Below are positions 1 to 9,899 of a stretch of DNA of 64,000 bases, piece by piece. The number at the start of each line of letters is the position of its first letter. Within the stretch, counting starts at the first letter, position 1. The notes beneath the pieces were generated by a model. It saw only the letters and a program-made list of their open reading frames with translations. It searched no databases and was not told where the DNA came from. This stretch comes from an uncultured Candidatus Saccharibacteria bacterium (GTDB lineage: Bacteria > Patescibacteriota > Saccharimonadia > Saccharimonadales > Saccharimonadaceae). Position numbers and translations under genes: made by a program. The stretch spans positions 184,905-248,904 of the forward strand of contig CAUQSI010000001.1 of NCBI GenBank assembly GCA_963520855.1, read 5' to 3'.

Positions 1-262
1 GAGCTTTGACCGCATTGGCATCAGCCACCTCCAGGCCGGTCAGTGCCGAATAGAACTTCTCTTTTGGCTTTTTGGTGCCAGCGAAAAATGGTGAACCGCT
101 GTCTGATTGGACGGAATACATGGCGATGATGAAGATAATCGCAACAACCGCCGCGCTTACGACGAGTGCCAGCGCCAAATGGTGTTTGTGGACCCACTGA
201 GTGAACACTTTAAATTTAGAGTGATTGATGAGTTTATCCTGAGGAATTCGAGGCTTTTCCAT
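1..262 (-). CDS. Partial (N-terminus) membrane-anchored protein, possibly DUF3048/YerB-like
   Basis: Manual translation from ATG at 262: MEKPRIPQ...HLALALVVSAAVVAIIFIIAM (TM) ...FYSALTGLEV; runs off the window; TATACT 6 nt upstream. Confidence 0.55.
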   Translation of the reverse strand, partial: MEKPRIPQDKLINHSKFKVFTQWVHKHHLALALVVSAAVVAIIFIIAMYSVQSDSGSPFFAGTKKPKEKFYSALTGLEVADANAVKA

Positions 263-297
263 ATGATTAGTATAGCATGTCGCTTATGCTAATAAAA

Positions 298-918
298 CTA
301 AGACAAGGTGCGTCGGCCTTCGAGTGCGTGCGACAACGTGATCTGATCAGCGTATTCTAGGTCGACTCCCACAGGGATGCCGCGAGCCAGTCGCGAAACA
401 GTCAGCGTCAACCCAGCTTCTTGGATGTATCGCTGTAGAAACAGCGCGGTCGATTCACCTTCTACTGAGGCATTGGTGGCGATGATGATCTCAGTGACGC
501 CGTCATTTTTGATGCGCTCAATCAACTCGGGAATGTGAAGCTGTTCTGGTCCAATACCGTCAATTGGTGAAATCGCTCCACCCAGTACGTGGTAGGTACC
601 ATCAAACTGGCCAGTGCGCTCCAGCGCCATGATATCCAACGGTTCTTCGACGACGCAGACGAGCTGGCGATTGCGGCGGCTGTCGGTGTAAAGTGGTGAT
701 ACGTCATCACCATCATCAATCAGCGCAAAGGTCACCGGACACGTTTTGACGCGTTGATGCAACTCATTTAAAGCTTGAGCTAACCTTTTGGATTGTCCTG
801 GCTCGCGCCGCAAAGCAGCATAAGCGTAGCGTTCGGCAGTTCGCGGACCAACTCCCGGTAGATTACCAAATTCATCAATCAACGCCGTCAGCGCTTTTGG
901 CAAAATATGAGCACTCAT
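298..918 (-). CDS. recR: Recombination mediator RecR
   Basis: LPGVGPRTAER HhH, CVVEEP, YHVLGGAISP, EGESTA, LARGIPVG Toprim motifs. Confidence 0.97.
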   Translation of the reverse strand: MSAHILPKALTALIDEFGNLPGVGPRTAERYAYAALRREPGQSKRLAQALNELHQRVKTCPVTFALIDDGDDVSPLYTDSRRNRQLVCVVEEPLDIMALERTGQFDGTYHVLGGAISPIDGIGPEQLHIPELIERIKNDGVTEIIIATNASVEGESTALFLQRYIQEAGLTLTVSRLARGIPVGVDLEYADQITLSHALEGRRTLS

Positions 919-926
919 TATTGAGA

Positions 927-1217
927 TTAGATGCCCAGGTTACCCAAGCCGCCCATCAATGGCTTCATTGTTTCAGCAGCAACTTCTTGAGCTTTTGCCA
1001 AGCCGTCACGCACCGCAATTTGAATCCAGTGCTCAAGCTGTTCGATGTTGTCTAGATCTACCATATCAGGATTAATCTTGACTGATTTGATTTTTAATTC
1101 ACCAGTGATCTGAACGATGACCGCGCCATCACCAGCCTCTACTTCAATGATTTCTTTACCAAGTTGTTTTTGTGCTTTACGTAGCTGTTGCAGCATTTTC
1201 ACCTGATCAAAAGCCAT
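927..1217 (-). CDS. ybaB: YbaB/EbfC nucleoid-associated protein
   Basis: 96 aa, EAGDGAVIVQITG motif, directly upstream of recR. Confidence 0.9.
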   Translation of the reverse strand: MAFDQVKMLQQLRKAQKQLGKEIIEVEAGDGAVIVQITGELKIKSVKINPDMVDLDNIEQLEHWIQIAVRDGLAKAQEVAAETMKPLMGGLGNLGI

Positions 1218-1255
1218 AATGTTCCTCCTTCAATTAACTCACTTATTATACCGCA

Positions 1256-2728
1256 TTATTCACTAAGTTTGTAGACATAAAACCGATCGCCCGCCTCAGC
1301 CCAATCATTGGTAATGACGCGCGTGATAGTTCCTGGGATGCCAGTGATATTTTGGCGAGCAGCGCGCGTGACGACTACTTCTTCTTGAGCACCCTCTGCT
1401 GGCAAGCCATCGCTGATGGATATTGCCCTATTATGCTTATTCATGTGGTTGGACAAGGCGTCGTACAGCGGTTTTTCGGCAGCTGCTACGACGAATATAT
1501 ATTTCTTGTTTGCGGTGTCGCGCAGTAGTGTGTCACGCACAAGACTCAAATCTTTGGAATGTTCGCGCACGGCGTCGGGTAGATCGTGGTAACTGTGGAC
1601 GTATCGATTGACACCACTCAGGGTCATGACACCGACCAAGATGATCATCAGTACCAGTCCAGTGCCGCGCGCGTATGGGTTCTTTGGGAATAATCGATAC
1701 CACTCGTACAGCAGTCGTTCTACGCCAGTAGCCAGCAAAATGAACATTGGCACAGAGATGATCATATTGACTTGAGGCGCCAGGGCGAGTAGCGGCAATG
1801 ACAAAAATAGCCAAATGTTGACCACGTAGGACCGAGCAGTGTGCCAGTTGCGGAAGGTGATGATCATGCCGAGGAGCATCAGTGCTACGGTGCTGACGTC
1901 AATGGCTGGTAGCACTTGCCCATTAGAGATGTATGGCACTGGCCAGAGATAGGTTCGAACGATAATTTTGAGGTTTGCTAAGACATCAAAGTTGAGTGAT
2001 GACCAGCCTGACACGTCCAGCAAGAAGCCGTGATTTTTCAGGCAGAAATACACCAGTGGTGCGCTTACCAGCAGAAAGACGATGAATGCTGGCGTCCAGC
2101 TAGCGCGATACTTTCGTGAAACGATGATGTAGCGCGTATATGGGTGCAATAATGCCACTAGGATGAGACCGAGGTTGAGATACCAGAAAAATGGCGTGTA
2201 TAAGCTGGCAGCCATGACGGCGGCGAGGAGGATTTTCCAGAGTTGGGCGAATTTGGCTTTTTGGATGATGAGGCTGGCGAACAGCAAAATCAATGACGCC
2301 GTGGTGATGTAGATGATGCCAGGCGTGAAGCTTTGCGCTAAGTAGATGAATTGACCAGTGGCGATCATGAGAGAAAGAGACAATACGGCAATGCCTGGTT
2401 TGAACCAGTGCCTGAGGAGGAAAAAGAGTGCCAGCGCCGCTAAACACATCAGTGTGACGGCTGGTAACTTGACGGTGAGTGTGCTGACGCCAAATAACAA
2501 GAACAGTGCTGCTTGGAATGCGTGAAGTGGCAGATTGACGATGGACCAATTGCCTTCCATAAGCAAGTTGGTTCGTGCGACCATGTTGATCTCTGACTGG
2601 CTAATGCCACCTGGCGCGTACAACAACGCCACGCTGATGACCGCGGAAAATATCAATATCAAAGCACTATAGCCCCAAAGATAGCGCCAACGGTAAAGAA
2701 ACAGATGAGACAGAGTTTTCTTTTTCAC
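1256..2728 (-). CDS. Polytopic membrane glycosyltransferase (GT-C fold, PMT/ArnT-like)
   Basis: About 11 hydrophobic segments; LFGVSTLTVKLP resembles the GT39/ArnT 'FG.S....RLP' motif. Confidence 0.6.
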   Translation of the reverse strand: MKKKTLSHLFLYRWRYLWGYSALILIFSAVISVALLYAPGGISQSEINMVARTNLLMEGNWSIVNLPLHAFQAALFLLFGVSTLTVKLPAVTLMCLAALALFFLLRHWFKPGIAVLSLSLMIATGQFIYLAQSFTPGIIYITTASLILLFASLIIQKAKFAQLWKILLAAVMAASLYTPFFWYLNLGLILVALLHPYTRYIIVSRKYRASWTPAFIVFLLVSAPLVYFCLKNHGFLLDVSGWSSLNFDVLANLKIIVRTYLWPVPYISNGQVLPAIDVSTVALMLLGMIITFRNWHTARSYVVNIWLFLSLPLLALAPQVNMIISVPMFILLATGVERLLYEWYRLFPKNPYARGTGLVLMIILVGVMTLSGVNRYVHSYHDLPDAVREHSKDLSLVRDTLLRDTANKKYIFVVAAAEKPLYDALSNHMNKHNRAISISDGLPAEGAQEEVVVTRAARQNITGIPGTITRVITNDWAEAGDRFYVYKLSE

Positions 2729-2752
2729 TGCGGTTTATTATAGCATGGTTTG

Positions 2753-4108
2753 TTAATCGTGTCGTCTGTCGAGGCTCATGAAACGCAGGCGTTCTGGGTG
2801 GAAGTACAATTGGACTTTGCCGACGGGACCGTTACGGTGCTTAGCGATGATCAGGTCGGTGATATTTTGAACCTCTGGATTGTCTGGTTCGTAGTAGCCT
2901 GGACGGTAGATAAAGCTGACAATGTCGGCGTCCTGTTCAATGGATCCGGACTCACGCAGGTCGGCCAGCTGTGGAATTGGTGGCGTGCGCGACTCGACGG
3001 AACGGCTCAACTGACTCAGGGCGATCAGCGGCACGTTAAGCTCACGAGCGATCAACTTTAGGCCACGGGAAATTTCTGACACTTCCTGGACGCGGTTGCC
3101 GTTGTGATTATTAGTGGCCTGCATCAGCTGCAAGTAGTCGACGATGATCAGGCCAATTTCGCCTTCATGCGCCAGGCGGCGAGCTTTGGTACGCATTTCC
3201 AAGATGCTGAGGCCCGGTGTATCGTCAATGTAAATTGGCGCTTCTGCCATCTCGCCCATGGCTTCCGACAGTTTAGCAAAATCATTATCACTCAAGTTTC
3301 CGGTGCGGATATTCCAGCTGTCAACACCTGATGCGTCCGCCAACATACGATCAACCAATTGCTCTTTGCTCATCTCGAGGCTGAAAAACAGCACCGGCTT
3401 TTTCTCAATTGTTGCCACGTTGTACGCCAAATTGGTCACCAGCGTGGTCTTACCCATGGCTGGACGAGCGGCCAGAATGATCAGGTCGGAACGCTGCAGT
3501 CCGGCGGTCATGTTGTCGAGGTCGCGGTAACCAGTGCGAATGCCACGGAGCGTGTCTTTGTTACGGTGCAATTCTTCAATTCGGTCAAAACTATCAGTCA
3601 GAATATTTTCCAGGCTAATCAAATCTTGCTTGAGTGACTGGTCGGAAACGCTGAATAGTTCAGCTTCAGCCTTTTCTAATAACTCCTGAGTGGTTGTCGA
3701 TTCGTCATAGCCAAGCTCGGTGATGTCAGCACTGGCTTTGATGAGTCGGCGCCGCACTGCTTTTTGCGCCACCATTTCAGCGTATGCTTCAGCGTGCGCA
3801 GCGGTCGGCACGTAGTTGGTGAGCTCTGTCAGATACGCCGAGCCGCCGATGAGTTCTAGCTCATCTTTGCGCTTCAACTCATCGGTCAAGGTCAAGAGGT
3901 CAACTGGCTTGTGCTTCTCAAACAAGCGCATCATCCCAGCGAAAATCAGACCGTGATTTTTATCATAAAAATCAGCAGGATGCACGTGTTCAGTCACATC
4001 TGCCAAAACTTCTTCGTCGATCAATATTGCGCCCAGCAAACTCTTTTCGGCATCCAGATTTTGCGGTGGCAGTTTGCCCGATGATGTATGTTGACTTGCT
4101 TCGCTCAC
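2753..4108 (-). CDS. dnaB: Replicative DNA helicase DnaB
   Basis: PPQNLDAEKSLLG, ARPAMGKT, FSLEMS, IVDYLQL, DLRESGSIEQDAD. Confidence 0.98.
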   Translation of the reverse strand: MSEASQHTSSGKLPPQNLDAEKSLLGAILIDEEVLADVTEHVHPADFYDKNHGLIFAGMMRLFEKHKPVDLLTLTDELKRKDELELIGGSAYLTELTNYVPTAAHAEAYAEMVAQKAVRRRLIKASADITELGYDESTTTQELLEKAEAELFSVSDQSLKQDLISLENILTDSFDRIEELHRNKDTLRGIRTGYRDLDNMTAGLQRSDLIILAARPAMGKTTLVTNLAYNVATIEKKPVLFFSLEMSKEQLVDRMLADASGVDSWNIRTGNLSDNDFAKLSEAMGEMAEAPIYIDDTPGLSILEMRTKARRLAHEGEIGLIIVDYLQLMQATNNHNGNRVQEVSEISRGLKLIARELNVPLIALSQLSRSVESRTPPIPQLADLRESGSIEQDADIVSFIYRPGYYEPDNPEVQNITDLIIAKHRNGPVGKVQLYFHPERLRFMSLDRRHD

Positions 4109-5584
4109 TTATAGTTCCTCCAGATTCACTTCTTCGCCACCGCCCATCATGGCAGCGATTTCCGCCAATTTTTCGTCTTCAGGTGGTTTCTTCTCTCCAA
4201 TTATATCAACTTCCAGCTCCATTCCCGTCTCTGCGGTGATGATTTCTGCCAGTAATGGTCGATTTTTGGCATCATCCAATTTTTTCTTGTAGAACGCACT
4301 GCCAGCAAAAATAGTTAGTTTATCTCCGTCAAACGCCCACTGACTTTTTTGGAGCAGTGATGACAGGCCGACTGATTTTTCCTTAGCCTGCTCGATTACC
4401 TTTTGCCAATCTATCTCTAGTGGTGCATCAGATTTACGTGGTTTTGTAGGCGATTTTTTGGTTGATTGGGCTGGTTTGGTGTCTTTGCTTTCGGACGTTT
4501 TTTTCACTGGCTCAGTTGATTTGGTGCTTTGGCTTTTTGGTGACTTTTCTGCTGACGATGCTGGCTTGGCTGGTGTCGAAATGACGGTTGGCGTTGCCGT
4601 GACGGCCTGGGCAACTGTCTTCTTCGGCCTGACTGGCTGAGCGTGATGTTGCATGAAAATAGTCAATAATTTCAGGTCTGGGTGTGGGTGGCGATCAACT
4701 TCGATGAGCTGCTGGATGAGTTCAACAAGACCTGGGTTTGTACTCAGTCTGGCGCGAGCGATTGACAATAGCTGGTGCGACACCACAGTTGGGCTGATGC
4801 CACTTTGCTCTAGTTCTTGCAGGATTCTAAGGATGTCAGCGCTGTCCTCTGATTGATATAAATCAAGCAGCTTCTCTAGCGTGGCTGCGTCGCTTAAGCC
4901 TAAGTATTCAGTAACCATGGCGACGGTCAGTGGCTGGTCGGGCGTGGCTAAAATTGATAATTGATCAAGCATGCTGATACCGTCGCGAAACCCGCCGCGC
5001 GAGCGCTCGGCGATCAGCCGAGCAGCGTCTGCCTCGATGGCAAAGCCTTCTTTTTCGGCGATGGCCATCAGCTGGCGTGCCATGACATCGACTGAGATGG
5101 GATGAAAGAAAAATTGCTGGACGCGGCTGAGAATGGTGGCGGGCAGCTTGTCGGCGTCGGTGGTAGCCAGGATAAAAACTACGTGTGCTGGCGGCTCCTC
5201 CAAGGTCTTTAATAGTGCGTTGAAGGCGGGCTTGGACAGCATGTGGACTTCGTCAATGATGTAGATCTTCTTTGGCGCGGAAACCGGCGCGACTTGGGCT
5301 TTTTCGCGTAATGCCCGAATGTCGTCGATACCGTTGTTGCTGGCGGCATCAATTTCGATGATATCCAGGTGCGAGGCTTCCTCATCATACGGCAACTGAT
5401 TGATCTCATGCGCCAAAATGCGCGCTACGCTGGTCTTTCCCACGCCGCGCGGACCCGTCAGCAAATACGCATGGGCGATTTTCCCCTGCTCCAAGGCTCG
5501 GCGCAAAATGTTGGTCACGTGATCTTGCCCCAACACCTCGTCCAAGCTACGACTGCGATATTTGCGGTACAGTGCTTGACTCAT
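4109..5584 (-). CDS. dnaX: DNA polymerase III subunit gamma/tau
   Basis: ALYRKYR, GPRGVGKT, IEIDAASN, DEVHML, NALLKTLEEPP; K/P/S/T-rich linker. Confidence 0.97.
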   Translation of the reverse strand: MSQALYRKYRSRSLDEVLGQDHVTNILRRALEQGKIAHAYLLTGPRGVGKTSVARILAHEINQLPYDEEASHLDIIEIDAASNNGIDDIRALREKAQVAPVSAPKKIYIIDEVHMLSKPAFNALLKTLEEPPAHVVFILATTDADKLPATILSRVQQFFFHPISVDVMARQLMAIAEKEGFAIEADAARLIAERSRGGFRDGISMLDQLSILATPDQPLTVAMVTEYLGLSDAATLEKLLDLYQSEDSADILRILQELEQSGISPTVVSHQLLSIARARLSTNPGLVELIQQLIEVDRHPHPDLKLLTIFMQHHAQPVRPKKTVAQAVTATPTVISTPAKPASSAEKSPKSQSTKSTEPVKKTSESKDTKPAQSTKKSPTKPRKSDAPLEIDWQKVIEQAKEKSVGLSSLLQKSQWAFDGDKLTIFAGSAFYKKKLDDAKNRPLLAEIITAETGMELEVDIIGEKKPPEDEKLAEIAAMMGGGEEVNLEEL

Positions 5585-5626
5585 TACCTATGTATTATAG
5601 CGCAAAGTGTGAGATTAGTAAGCTAT

Positions 5627-6376
5627 TTAGTGGTTAGGAATGGGCACTTCTTCACCGCTCTCTAAAATCATGGTCTTTCTCGGCCATAGTTCTATCGGCT
5701 CATCGATGTACGGCAGGTTAGTCGCTTCTGCGATAGCTCGCATAGCCATGTCTATCGGTGCACGTAGGGCCTGGCGTCGAGATTCGTGGTCTGTCGAAGC
5801 GGTATAATCTCTATACGCTGCTACATAGTCAACGGGGTCACACAGAGTAACGTGGATTTGCTCATCTTGTGGCATGTATGCATCCAGATCAGTAGGCCAC
5901 GGTTCGTAGCGAATACCTACTGGCAATAAGTTAGGCTCCACCCCCCCTACATTTGCGTCGAATAAAATTCGTGACGCACCCGTTCGCCCTTTGGTTACCT
6001 GAGCGTCACCGGTATATGCACCTTCTGGAAAGATGAGTAGTGAGCGTCCGTCAAGCAATGCTTGTCTGGCCATTTTGAGTCCGACTTCTAAATATTCTTT
6101 ACCACCGTGCACCTCGAGCGGTATGGTGTGTAGTGCTTTTTCTATTACTAGTCGCCGCACTGCCGTGCCCACAGAGCTATTTTTATACGCCAATCGCGAA
6201 CTAATGACAACGTCACAATCCTCCGGCAGACTTGCTGGTATGGCAAAGATATCGCGCATGCAAGCATGATTGGCGACGAATACATTCGGGCCTTCTGGTA
6301 TGTTGTCGAGCCCATGTGTCGTAATTGCCATTTCTCTACCTATAGTTTGTAAGAGTGGCTTCTTTCCCTCGTTCAC
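5627..6376 (-). CDS. PlsC-family (lyso)phospholipid acyltransferase
   Basis: NHACMRD (NHxxxxD block I), IFPEG (block III), LLPVGI. Confidence 0.85.
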   Translation of the reverse strand: MNEGKKPLLQTIGREMAITTHGLDNIPEGPNVFVANHACMRDIFAIPASLPEDCDVVISSRLAYKNSSVGTAVRRLVIEKALHTIPLEVHGGKEYLEVGLKMARQALLDGRSLLIFPEGAYTGDAQVTKGRTGASRILFDANVGGVEPNLLPVGIRYEPWPTDLDAYMPQDEQIHVTLCDPVDYVAAYRDYTASTDHESRRQALRAPIDMAMRAIAEATNLPYIDEPIELWPRKTMILESGEEVPIPNH

Positions 6377-6966
6377 ATCTGCCTCGCTTTCAAAGCTTGC
6401 TTAACGGCGTGCGCCACTAAGCGATGCCCTTTTGCTGAAAAATGAATACCATCAGATAGTGGTATGAACGGCAGCTCAATGTACTCACCGAGCGCCTCCT
6501 TATTCTGCAAGATCTCTTGTCGTATAGCTTCTGATTGTTCCGTAAACTCTGGGCCAGAGTCTTCACCGGTTGAAAATGCTGGCGGCAAGAGGTATATGAC
6601 GTCGGCGCTGTCAGTCAGTTTTTGATAATCCGTCAAATCGTGAATGATAGCTTGCGCCGTCCTACCGTATTGCTGTTGTAAATCGTTAGTGCCAAGGGCG
6701 ATGATGACGATGTCCACATTGCCCGCCTGTTGCAAAGCTTCTGCAAACGTATGTTTACCATTTTTGTACGGCTTTGCCTTACAAAAATCTCCCGCTATAC
6801 GGCCCGATAGTCCATTTGCAATGATGTGCGCTTTGCCTCGTAATTCTCGCTTTAGACGGTTGACCCATCGGTCACTATACCGCACTCGCGGCCCCACAAA
6901 CGTGTCTCCCCAGACGTTAGAATCGCCATAAATAAAAATCCTTTTCATCGCGTGGTCACTGCTCAT
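6373..6966 (-). CDS. SGNH/GDSL hydrolase (esterase/lipase)
   Basis: YGDSN, NGLSG, LGTND, DGIH blocks I-V. Confidence 0.9.
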   Translation of the reverse strand: MSSDHAMKRIFIYGDSNVWGDTFVGPRVRYSDRWVNRLKRELRGKAHIIANGLSGRIAGDFCKAKPYKNGKHTFAEALQQAGNVDIVIIALGTNDLQQQYGRTAQAIIHDLTDYQKLTDSADVIYLLPPAFSTGEDSGPEFTEQSEAIRQEILQNKEALGEYIELPFIPLSDGIHFSAKGHRLVAHAVKQALKARQM

Positions 6967-7003
6967 ATATAAACTCCGTTTTTTGATATTATACCATGTT
7001 CTG

Positions 7004-7876
7004 TCAAAATAACGTCAGCTGCGTGCTAGGTATCTCAAGGTCAACCGCCCCTTGCACCACTTGTGCCCGGTGGCCGATAAACTTTTTCACGTTATACGCC
7101 AGTAGCTGCCCGTCATATTCAGTGATGAGCACCGAGCCGATAACGCTAACAATCGTGCCAGCCAAAACCCTATTCCCTGTCATGTCAATCACATCACTGA
7201 GGTCTCGACCGTCAGTGTGAAAATAATCTTCGCACGTGATGAGCGTTCGGTTTGGAAAATCCAGCCCCAACTGGCGGTGGATGCGCATCAACGCATCAGC
7301 CAAAGTCTGTTCCGCTGCCGTAGTATTCAATGGCTGCTTAATTAGTCCTAGCTTTTTACTGGCGGCCACTGTTTCCATGATGCCATCCAGCTTAGCAATC
7401 TTTGCTTCGTATTGCCGGGCGATCAACGCCGAAGCAAACGTTTCTAGCTTCAACGCCAGGCGCGCTCCCTGCTCCAGTAGTCGCCGAATACCACGCTCCT
7501 CCTGTGAAATGCCAACTTTGATCACCTCTGGTGAAAAATACGCCAAATACAAAAAATGTGGATTTTGATTAATCTTTTCCTGCTGCGTCGACACCGAATC
7601 AGCGTGGTAAAACGCTGGATTGAAACCAGTGCGATTGCGACACTTCAAACAATTTTCATACTTCTCATCGACCATCGCGCCATCAGGACAAGCCTGGCTG
7701 CAGTGATTGGCAAAATCCAGCCAACCGGTGCAATATTTGGTGGAAAAGTCAAACTCCAGTGACAATTCCTGGCCCAAAACATTACCACGCTCAGCCCTAC
7801 CGTCAACCTGCCATTCCAAAAACGGTCGGCTTTCAGTGTCAAAGCTAGTGTAGCTTAGTAAAAACTCCTCAGGCAT
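7004..7876 (-). CDS. DUF2797-like protein
   Basis: Cys cluster then PHFLYLAYF...KVGIS...RLLEQGA pattern. Confidence 0.7.
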   Translation of the reverse strand: MPEEFLLSYTSFDTESRPFLEWQVDGRAERGNVLGQELSLEFDFSTKYCTGWLDFANHCSQACPDGAMVDEKYENCLKCRNRTGFNPAFYHADSVSTQQEKINQNPHFLYLAYFSPEVIKVGISQEERGIRRLLEQGARLALKLETFASALIARQYEAKIAKLDGIMETVAASKKLGLIKQPLNTTAAEQTLADALMRIHRQLGLDFPNRTLITCEDYFHTDGRDLSDVIDMTGNRVLAGTIVSVIGSVLITEYDGQLLAYNVKKFIGHRAQVVQGAVDLEIPSTQLTLF

Positions 7877-7937
7877 AGCACAATTATATCAAAAACCGCC
7901 CGGCAACTGCGCGGACGGTTTCAAGTGCAGAAATAGT

Positions 7938-8453
7938 CTACAGCGCTGCTTCGACGGCTGCCCACGTAGCGTCAGGATTGTCCTCTGGCACGATGATGGT
8001 GACTTGGTCTCCAATGTTGATGCGGAAGAACGTGACGCTGGCGAGCAAAATGCGATACTCGCGGCCGTTAGCCTCGACGTAGTAGACGCCGTCGTGCTGG
8101 ACAAGTGTACCGATGACTTGCTTGCGTGCCACTGGGCCGATTTGCTTGTAGATGAAACTACCGTCGTCAGCGATGGTTAATTTCAAAATATCGCCTTCAA
8201 CCAGTTTTGATTTTGAAGCATAGTTGGCTGGGATTGGGTAGTTCTTGCCGTCTGGGCCAAGCATGGTCTGACCGTCAAACACACCTTCGACGACCTTGCC
8301 AGTCACATCTTCGGTGGAGGTTTTTGGTGTAACAACTTGACCGTCATCACCGATGATGCTGATCAATAGCTCTTTTGCCGCCGCCAAATTAGTCTCTGCC
8401 TCTTGTATCAATGAGCGAAGCCGCTTTACTTGTTTTTCTGGTAGTTCAGACAT
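7938..8453 (-). CDS. Conserved hypothetical protein (coiled coil + beta-rich domain)
   Basis: Likely start MSELPEKQ at 8453; EGVFDG...YPIPANYASKSKLVEGD motif; downstream of rplL. Confidence 0.7.
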   Translation of the reverse strand: MSELPEKQVKRLRSLIQEAETNLAAAKELLISIIGDDGQVVTPKTSTEDVTGKVVEGVFDGQTMLGPDGKNYPIPANYASKSKLVEGDILKLTIADDGSFIYKQIGPVARKQVIGTLVQHDGVYYVEANGREYRILLASVTFFRINIGDQVTIIVPEDNPDATWAAVEAAL

Positions 8454-8682
8454 AGTGATTCTCGCATTTCCCTGTCTATTTTTGATAGTTCTCGTTCTAT
8501 ATATAGCATAGGAAAAAGGTTCGGTCAAGGCTTGCATAAGCAAGTTATTTCAGATTTCCACAGCATTTTAAGGGGTGCTTGCAAAACTGTTGCAAATTTT
8601 ACCCTTGCAATCAAAATACCGCCCATGGTATAGGGCGGCATAATGATTTCGAAAACAAATTGGCGTCATGTTCAGAATGAAA

Positions 8683-9060
8683 TTAGCTGAGCTCAACGCT
8701 AGCGCCAGCGTCTTCCAGAGTCTTTTTAGCAGCTTCAGCTTCGTCTTTTGAAACTTTTTCTTTGACTGGTGCTGGTGCGCCGTCAACGATAGCTTTAGCT
8801 TCACCCAGACCCAAGCCGGTGATTTCTTTAACAGCCTTGATGACTGCAACTTTCTGAGCACCTGCGTCCTTCAACGTGACGGTGAACTCAGTCTTTTCGT
8901 CAGCCGCAGCAGCGTCACCGCCAGCAGCTGGACCAGCAACAGCGACAGCTGCAGCAGCTGGCTCGATGCCGTACTCTTCTTTCAAGTGGTTTTTCAATTC
9001 GTTAACTTCCAGAACTGTCAATTTGGTCAGTTCTTCAGCCAATTTCTTAATATCAGCCAT
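8683..9060 (-). CDS. rplL: 50S ribosomal protein bL12 (L7/L12)
   Basis: LTVLEVNEL, Ala hinge, [27 protein letters not shown]. Confidence 0.98.
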   Translation of the reverse strand: MADIKKLAEELTKLTVLEVNELKNHLKEEYGIEPAAAAVAVAGPAAGGDAAAADEKTEFTVTLKDAGAQKVAVIKAVKEITGLGLGEAKAIVDGAPAPVKEKVSKDEAEAAKKTLEDAGASVELS

Positions 9061-9096
9061 GATATGTCTCCTTACATTATTGATTGATTGCTAAAC

Positions 9097-9621
9097 TTAA
9101 GCCGTAGCTTTGGCTTCGATGCCATCCAAAAGTCCGTGCAAATTGCCGCCCAGCGCACCCACGGTGTCGTGGACTGGTGAGAGCAATTGTGCCACCACTT
9201 CGGCGACAAGCTGGTCTTTGCTTGGCAAGCCTGCCAGCGCTTTGATGTCAGCCTCGTTGATGCTGAGGCCTTCACCTGAGAAACCACCAGCCAACTGCAG
9301 TGCTGGATGCGTCTTTGCAAACGTGTCCAAAACTTTCGCTGGCATGACCTCGTCCTCGGCGCTGATGGCGTAGACCAACTGGCCAACCAGGAGGTCGGTG
9401 TCAGTTTCTTTGTAGGTGTCGACGCCCTGCAATGCTACGCGTACCAAGCGGTTTTTGACCACCTTGATGACCACGTTTGCCTCGCGAGCAGCCTTGCGTA
9501 GTTCTTGCAATTCAGCCACGCTCAGACCCTGGTACCGCGCAAATGCCGTACCTTTGGCGTCTTTCAGAAGCTCTGTTAGTTCAGCAACCAAAGTTTGTTT
9601 TTTATCGCGTGAAATTGCCAT
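9097..9621 (-). CDS. rplJ: 50S ribosomal protein uL10
   Basis: YQGLSVAELQELR, VVKNRL, LAGLPSK; upstream of rplL. Confidence 0.96.
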   Translation of the reverse strand: MAISRDKKQTLVAELTELLKDAKGTAFARYQGLSVAELQELRKAAREANVVIKVVKNRLVRVALQGVDTYKETDTDLLVGQLVYAISAEDEVMPAKVLDTFAKTHPALQLAGGFSGEGLSINEADIKALAGLPSKDQLVAEVVAQLLSPVHDTVGALGGNLHGLLDGIEAKATA

Positions 9622-9692
9622 AAAAATCCTTTCTTTGATTGAGTTAATTTCATTCTTTTCGCCAATTTGTTAACGTGCGGTAATGGAGAATC

Positions 9693-9812
9693 AAAAAGAC
9701 GTCTTTGATTCTCGCACTACCAAAGACGTCAAATAAAACTGTTCGTTTCATCCCTCGGCGGCATATTTACATCTGTTTATCAGCCAGATCGCCGCTGTCT
9801 TTGGTAATGTTC
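9693..9812 (-). ncRNA. L10 leader with attenuator
   Basis: Minus strand CCAAAGACAGCGGC...AAATATGCCGCCGAGGG resembles the L10 leader; downstream hairpin GACGTCTTTG/CAAAGACGTC + U5; promoter TTGCAT-17-TACAAT at 9847-9819. Confidence 0.8.
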
Positions 9813-9867
9813 CTCACCATTGTAGCAGAAATGACAACGAAATGCAACAGGCATATTATATCAAACC

Positions 9868-9899
9868 AAAGAGAAAGCCCGCTCCATGGTGGAGCGGGC
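9868..9899 (-). terminator. Intrinsic terminator of the GC-rich surface protein gene
   Basis: GCCCGCTCCA-cca-TGGAGCGGGC followed by TTTCTCTTT. Confidence 0.75.

Noticed and set aside
4109..5584. Programmed -1 frameshift in dnaX
   Set aside because: A-runs occur in the Lys-rich linker, but I found no convincing A AAA AAG site with stimulatory SD and hairpin
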